Shown one piece after another: positions 61,980 to 64,000 of a DNA stretch of 64,000 nucleotides. The stretch is from NCBI GenBank assembly GCA_027335345.1, contig DAHWOF010000204.1, forward strand, positions 17,245 through 81,244. Direction: 5' to 3'. The notes beneath the pieces were generated by a model, which made no database searches, was not told the DNA's origin, and saw nothing but the letters and a program-made list of their open reading frames with translations. Positions within the stretch are counted from its first letter, which is position 1. Each line of letters begins with the position of its first letter. The position numbers were made by a program, and so were the translations under genes. This stretch comes from Granulicella sp. (lineage in GTDB: Bacteria; Acidobacteriota; Terriglobia; Terriglobales; Acidobacteriaceae).

Positions 61980-64000
61980 ATGAAGTCGCCTGAACTATCG
62001 CTTCGCAAAGACTGTACGATAACACCTTCACGGATCCATTCGTCCACGCTAAAAAAAGTGATACCTCCTTGGGATGCCATCATGACTTGTCCGATTCACA
62101 GCAGAGCCCACGGAGCCTGGCGAATGGTTTTTGTCCTTGTCGTAGCAGTTCTTGCCCTTTGCGCCGGTTCTCGCTCTGCAAGCGCTCAGGCATACGGTTC
62201 CATAAATGGAACAGTAACCGACCCTACAGGCGCCATTGTACCCAATGCGACGGTGGTCGCTACGGCTACCCAGACCGGCGCGCAGGCGACGACGACTACG
62301 AACGCCCAGGGAGAGTTTACTTTTCCAACCCTCCCGCCCACCAACTACAGTCTTACTGTCAACGCATCCGGATTTCGGACCTACCAGCAGACAGCCCTGG
62401 TGCTTCTGGCCAATCAGGCGCTAACCCTGAATCCCAAGTTGCAGCTTGGCGCAGCCAATCAAACCGTGAATGTCTCCGGAGCCACTCCACAAATCAACAC
62501 TACAAATGCAACGATCTCTCAGGTGATCGGTCAGCGGCAAATCATTGACTTGCCATTGAACGGCAGGAATGCGGCGTCGCTGATTCTGTTGACCGCGGGC
62601 GTAGCCAATGCAACCAACGAAGGCTTCGGAATAAATGAGGGGGATAGCAAGACGTTTCCGGCCGCCGTTGTGAGCAGTTCCGATGGCACCTTGCCTGACC
62701 AACAAAATTATCTTCTGGACGGCGGCAATAACGTAGATGAGATGACGAATGCCAACGATCCGTTTCCGTTTCCAGACGCGTTACAGGAGTTCAGCGTGCA
62801 GACGACAAACTATGACGCGGAGTTTGGTCAGAGCGCTGGAGCCGTCGTCAACATAGTCACGAGGGCTGGTACAGAGAAGTTCCACGGCGACCTATTTGAG
62901 TTTCTGCGTAATACTGCCTTCGATGCGAGGCCATACTTTTCGACTACGCCTGTCGTGCAGAATCTGAATCAATTTGGTGGTGTGATTGGCGGACCAGTCA
63001 TCATCCCGCATCTCTCCACCGGCAGGGCGACGCAGTTCTTCTTCGGCTATCAGCGCACGCAAGATCACTTTGCTTCCAGCGCCGGTTCAGCCACCATGCC
63101 GACCCCAGCAGAGGAAGGGCGGGCCACTGGCGAAAATTTCGCGGATTTCAGTAACTTGTGTGACACGGCGGAAGGGAACACTTTCAACACGAACGGCGTA
63201 TGCGTAAGCCCGGGAGGAGCGCCTGTTCCCAGCCAACAGGTGCTGAATCCATTCACAAATGAGCTCTACCCCTTCAATCACATTCCCACGAGCGCCTTCG
63301 ACCCGGCGGCTGTTGCAATGGAGAAAGTGTTTCCAACCTTTTCTGGAACCGAGGCGCCTGGCCAAATTGGCGGTCTTGTCCATTACACCTTACCCACCAT
63401 CCAGAACTACAACGAGTTCGTGGCCCGCGTCGACCATCAGTTTGGCGCTACGGATCATCTCTTTGTGCGGTATTACTACAACTACTTCGATGCCCCGAGT
63501 TTTTACAATCCGACAAATCTGCTCGAGTATCTTCCGTTTGCCAACGACCGCTATCAGAATGCGGCCATCAACGAGGCGCACATCTTCTCGAGTTCGATCG
63601 TGAACAATCTGGTGCTCAACTATCAAAGAGAGTACTCGATCCGCGGCAATCCTCAGGGTAGTCCGTTTATCACAGACTTTGGCGTAAAAAACGTCTATCA
63701 GTACGCTGCGGCTGGACCGTACCTGAATGTGGATGTGACCGGCTACTTCGGGGTGACGGGGACAGCAACCGCCATCTTTGGCCGCAATGACTATAACTTC
63801 AACGATGTACTAGCATGGGTGAAGGGAAAGCATGACTTCGCCTTCGGCGGCCACATCGAGCTGAGCAAGTTCGATGCGACCAATGTGAATGCAGGCGATG
63901 GAAACTTCAGCTTTGCTCCCGTGAATAACTCGGTGGGATCGACTGAGTACCAATACCCAGACGCAATGGCGAACTTTCAGATGGGGTTTATGTCATCCTT
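61980..64000 (+). CDS. TonB-dependent receptor (Oar-like), truncated by the window end
   Basis: Not in the ORF track because it has no stop; in-frame ATGs at 61980 (GAGGA upstream) and 62082; signal peptide then QAYGSINGTVTDPTGAIVPNA, DLPLNGRN, DALQEFSVQT, FHGDLFEFLRN. Confidence 0.9.
   Translation, partial: MKSPELSLRKDCTITPSRIHSSTLKKVIPPWDAIMTCPIHSRAHGAWRMVFVLVVAVLALCAGSRSASAQAYGSINGTVTDPTGAIVPNATVVATATQTGAQATTTTNAQGEFTFPTLPPTNYSLTVNASGFRTYQQTALVLLANQALTLNPKLQLGAANQTVNVSGATPQINTTNATISQVIGQRQIIDLPLNGRNAASLILLTAGVANATNEGFGINEGDSKTFPAAVVSSSDGTLPDQQNYLLDGGNNVDEMTNANDPFPFPDALQEFSVQTTNYDAEFGQSAGAVVNIVTRAGTEKFHGDLFEFLRNTAFDARPYFSTTPVVQNLNQFGGVIGGPVIIPHLSTGRATQFFFGYQRTQDHFASSAGSATMPTPAEEGRATGENFADFSNLCDTAEGNTFNTNGVCVSPGGAPVPSQQVLNPFTNELYPFNHIPTSAFDPAAVAMEKVFPTFSGTEAPGQIGGLVHYTLPTIQNYNEFVARVDHQFGATDHLFVRYYYNYFDAPSFYNPTNLLEYLPFANDRYQNAAINEAHIFSSSIVNNLVLNYQREYSIRGNPQGSPFITDFGVKNVYQYAAAGPYLNVDVTGYFGVTGTATAIFGRNDYNFNDVLAWVKGKHDFAFGGHIELSKFDATNVNAGDGNFSFAPVNNSVGSTEYQYPDAMANFQMGFMSS

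Overview
GC-rich bacterial chromosomal segment. Gene content points to Acidobacteriota: Oar-type TonB-dependent receptors, an acidobacterial VWA protein and a wHTH-TM-malectin regulator. Housekeeping genes (DUF503-rbfA-nrnA, guaB, alaC, tRNA-Pro(GGG), yggX, ligA) alternate with accessory blocks. These are: (1) a MarR-ClC operon with three tandem 23-bp operator-like repeats and a non-canonical ClC filter; (2) a pectin locus (GH3, GH28-CE8 fusion, Tat GH28); (3) an orphan B12-radical SAM enzyme; (4) an ~18 kb block between alaC and tRNA-Pro. That block holds two paralogous Cys-rich secreted beta-helix proteins flanking an uncharacterised GT-like gene, then a membrane-anchored wHTH/double-malectin regulator divergent from a TBDR-VWA-GH10-SGNH cluster; it is the best candidate for an undescribed system. 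Further right lie a Pho locus (phoB, phoR, 11-bp-periodic PHO-box array, porin, decayed pstB remnant, phoU; pstSCA absent), an ECF sigma/anti-sigma/Spy triad, a Usp, a PAS-GAF-GGDEF-EAL protein and a second TBDR cut by the window end. No CRISPR array, integrase, transposase or rRNA was seen. Family calls come from motif recognition by eye, not database searches.
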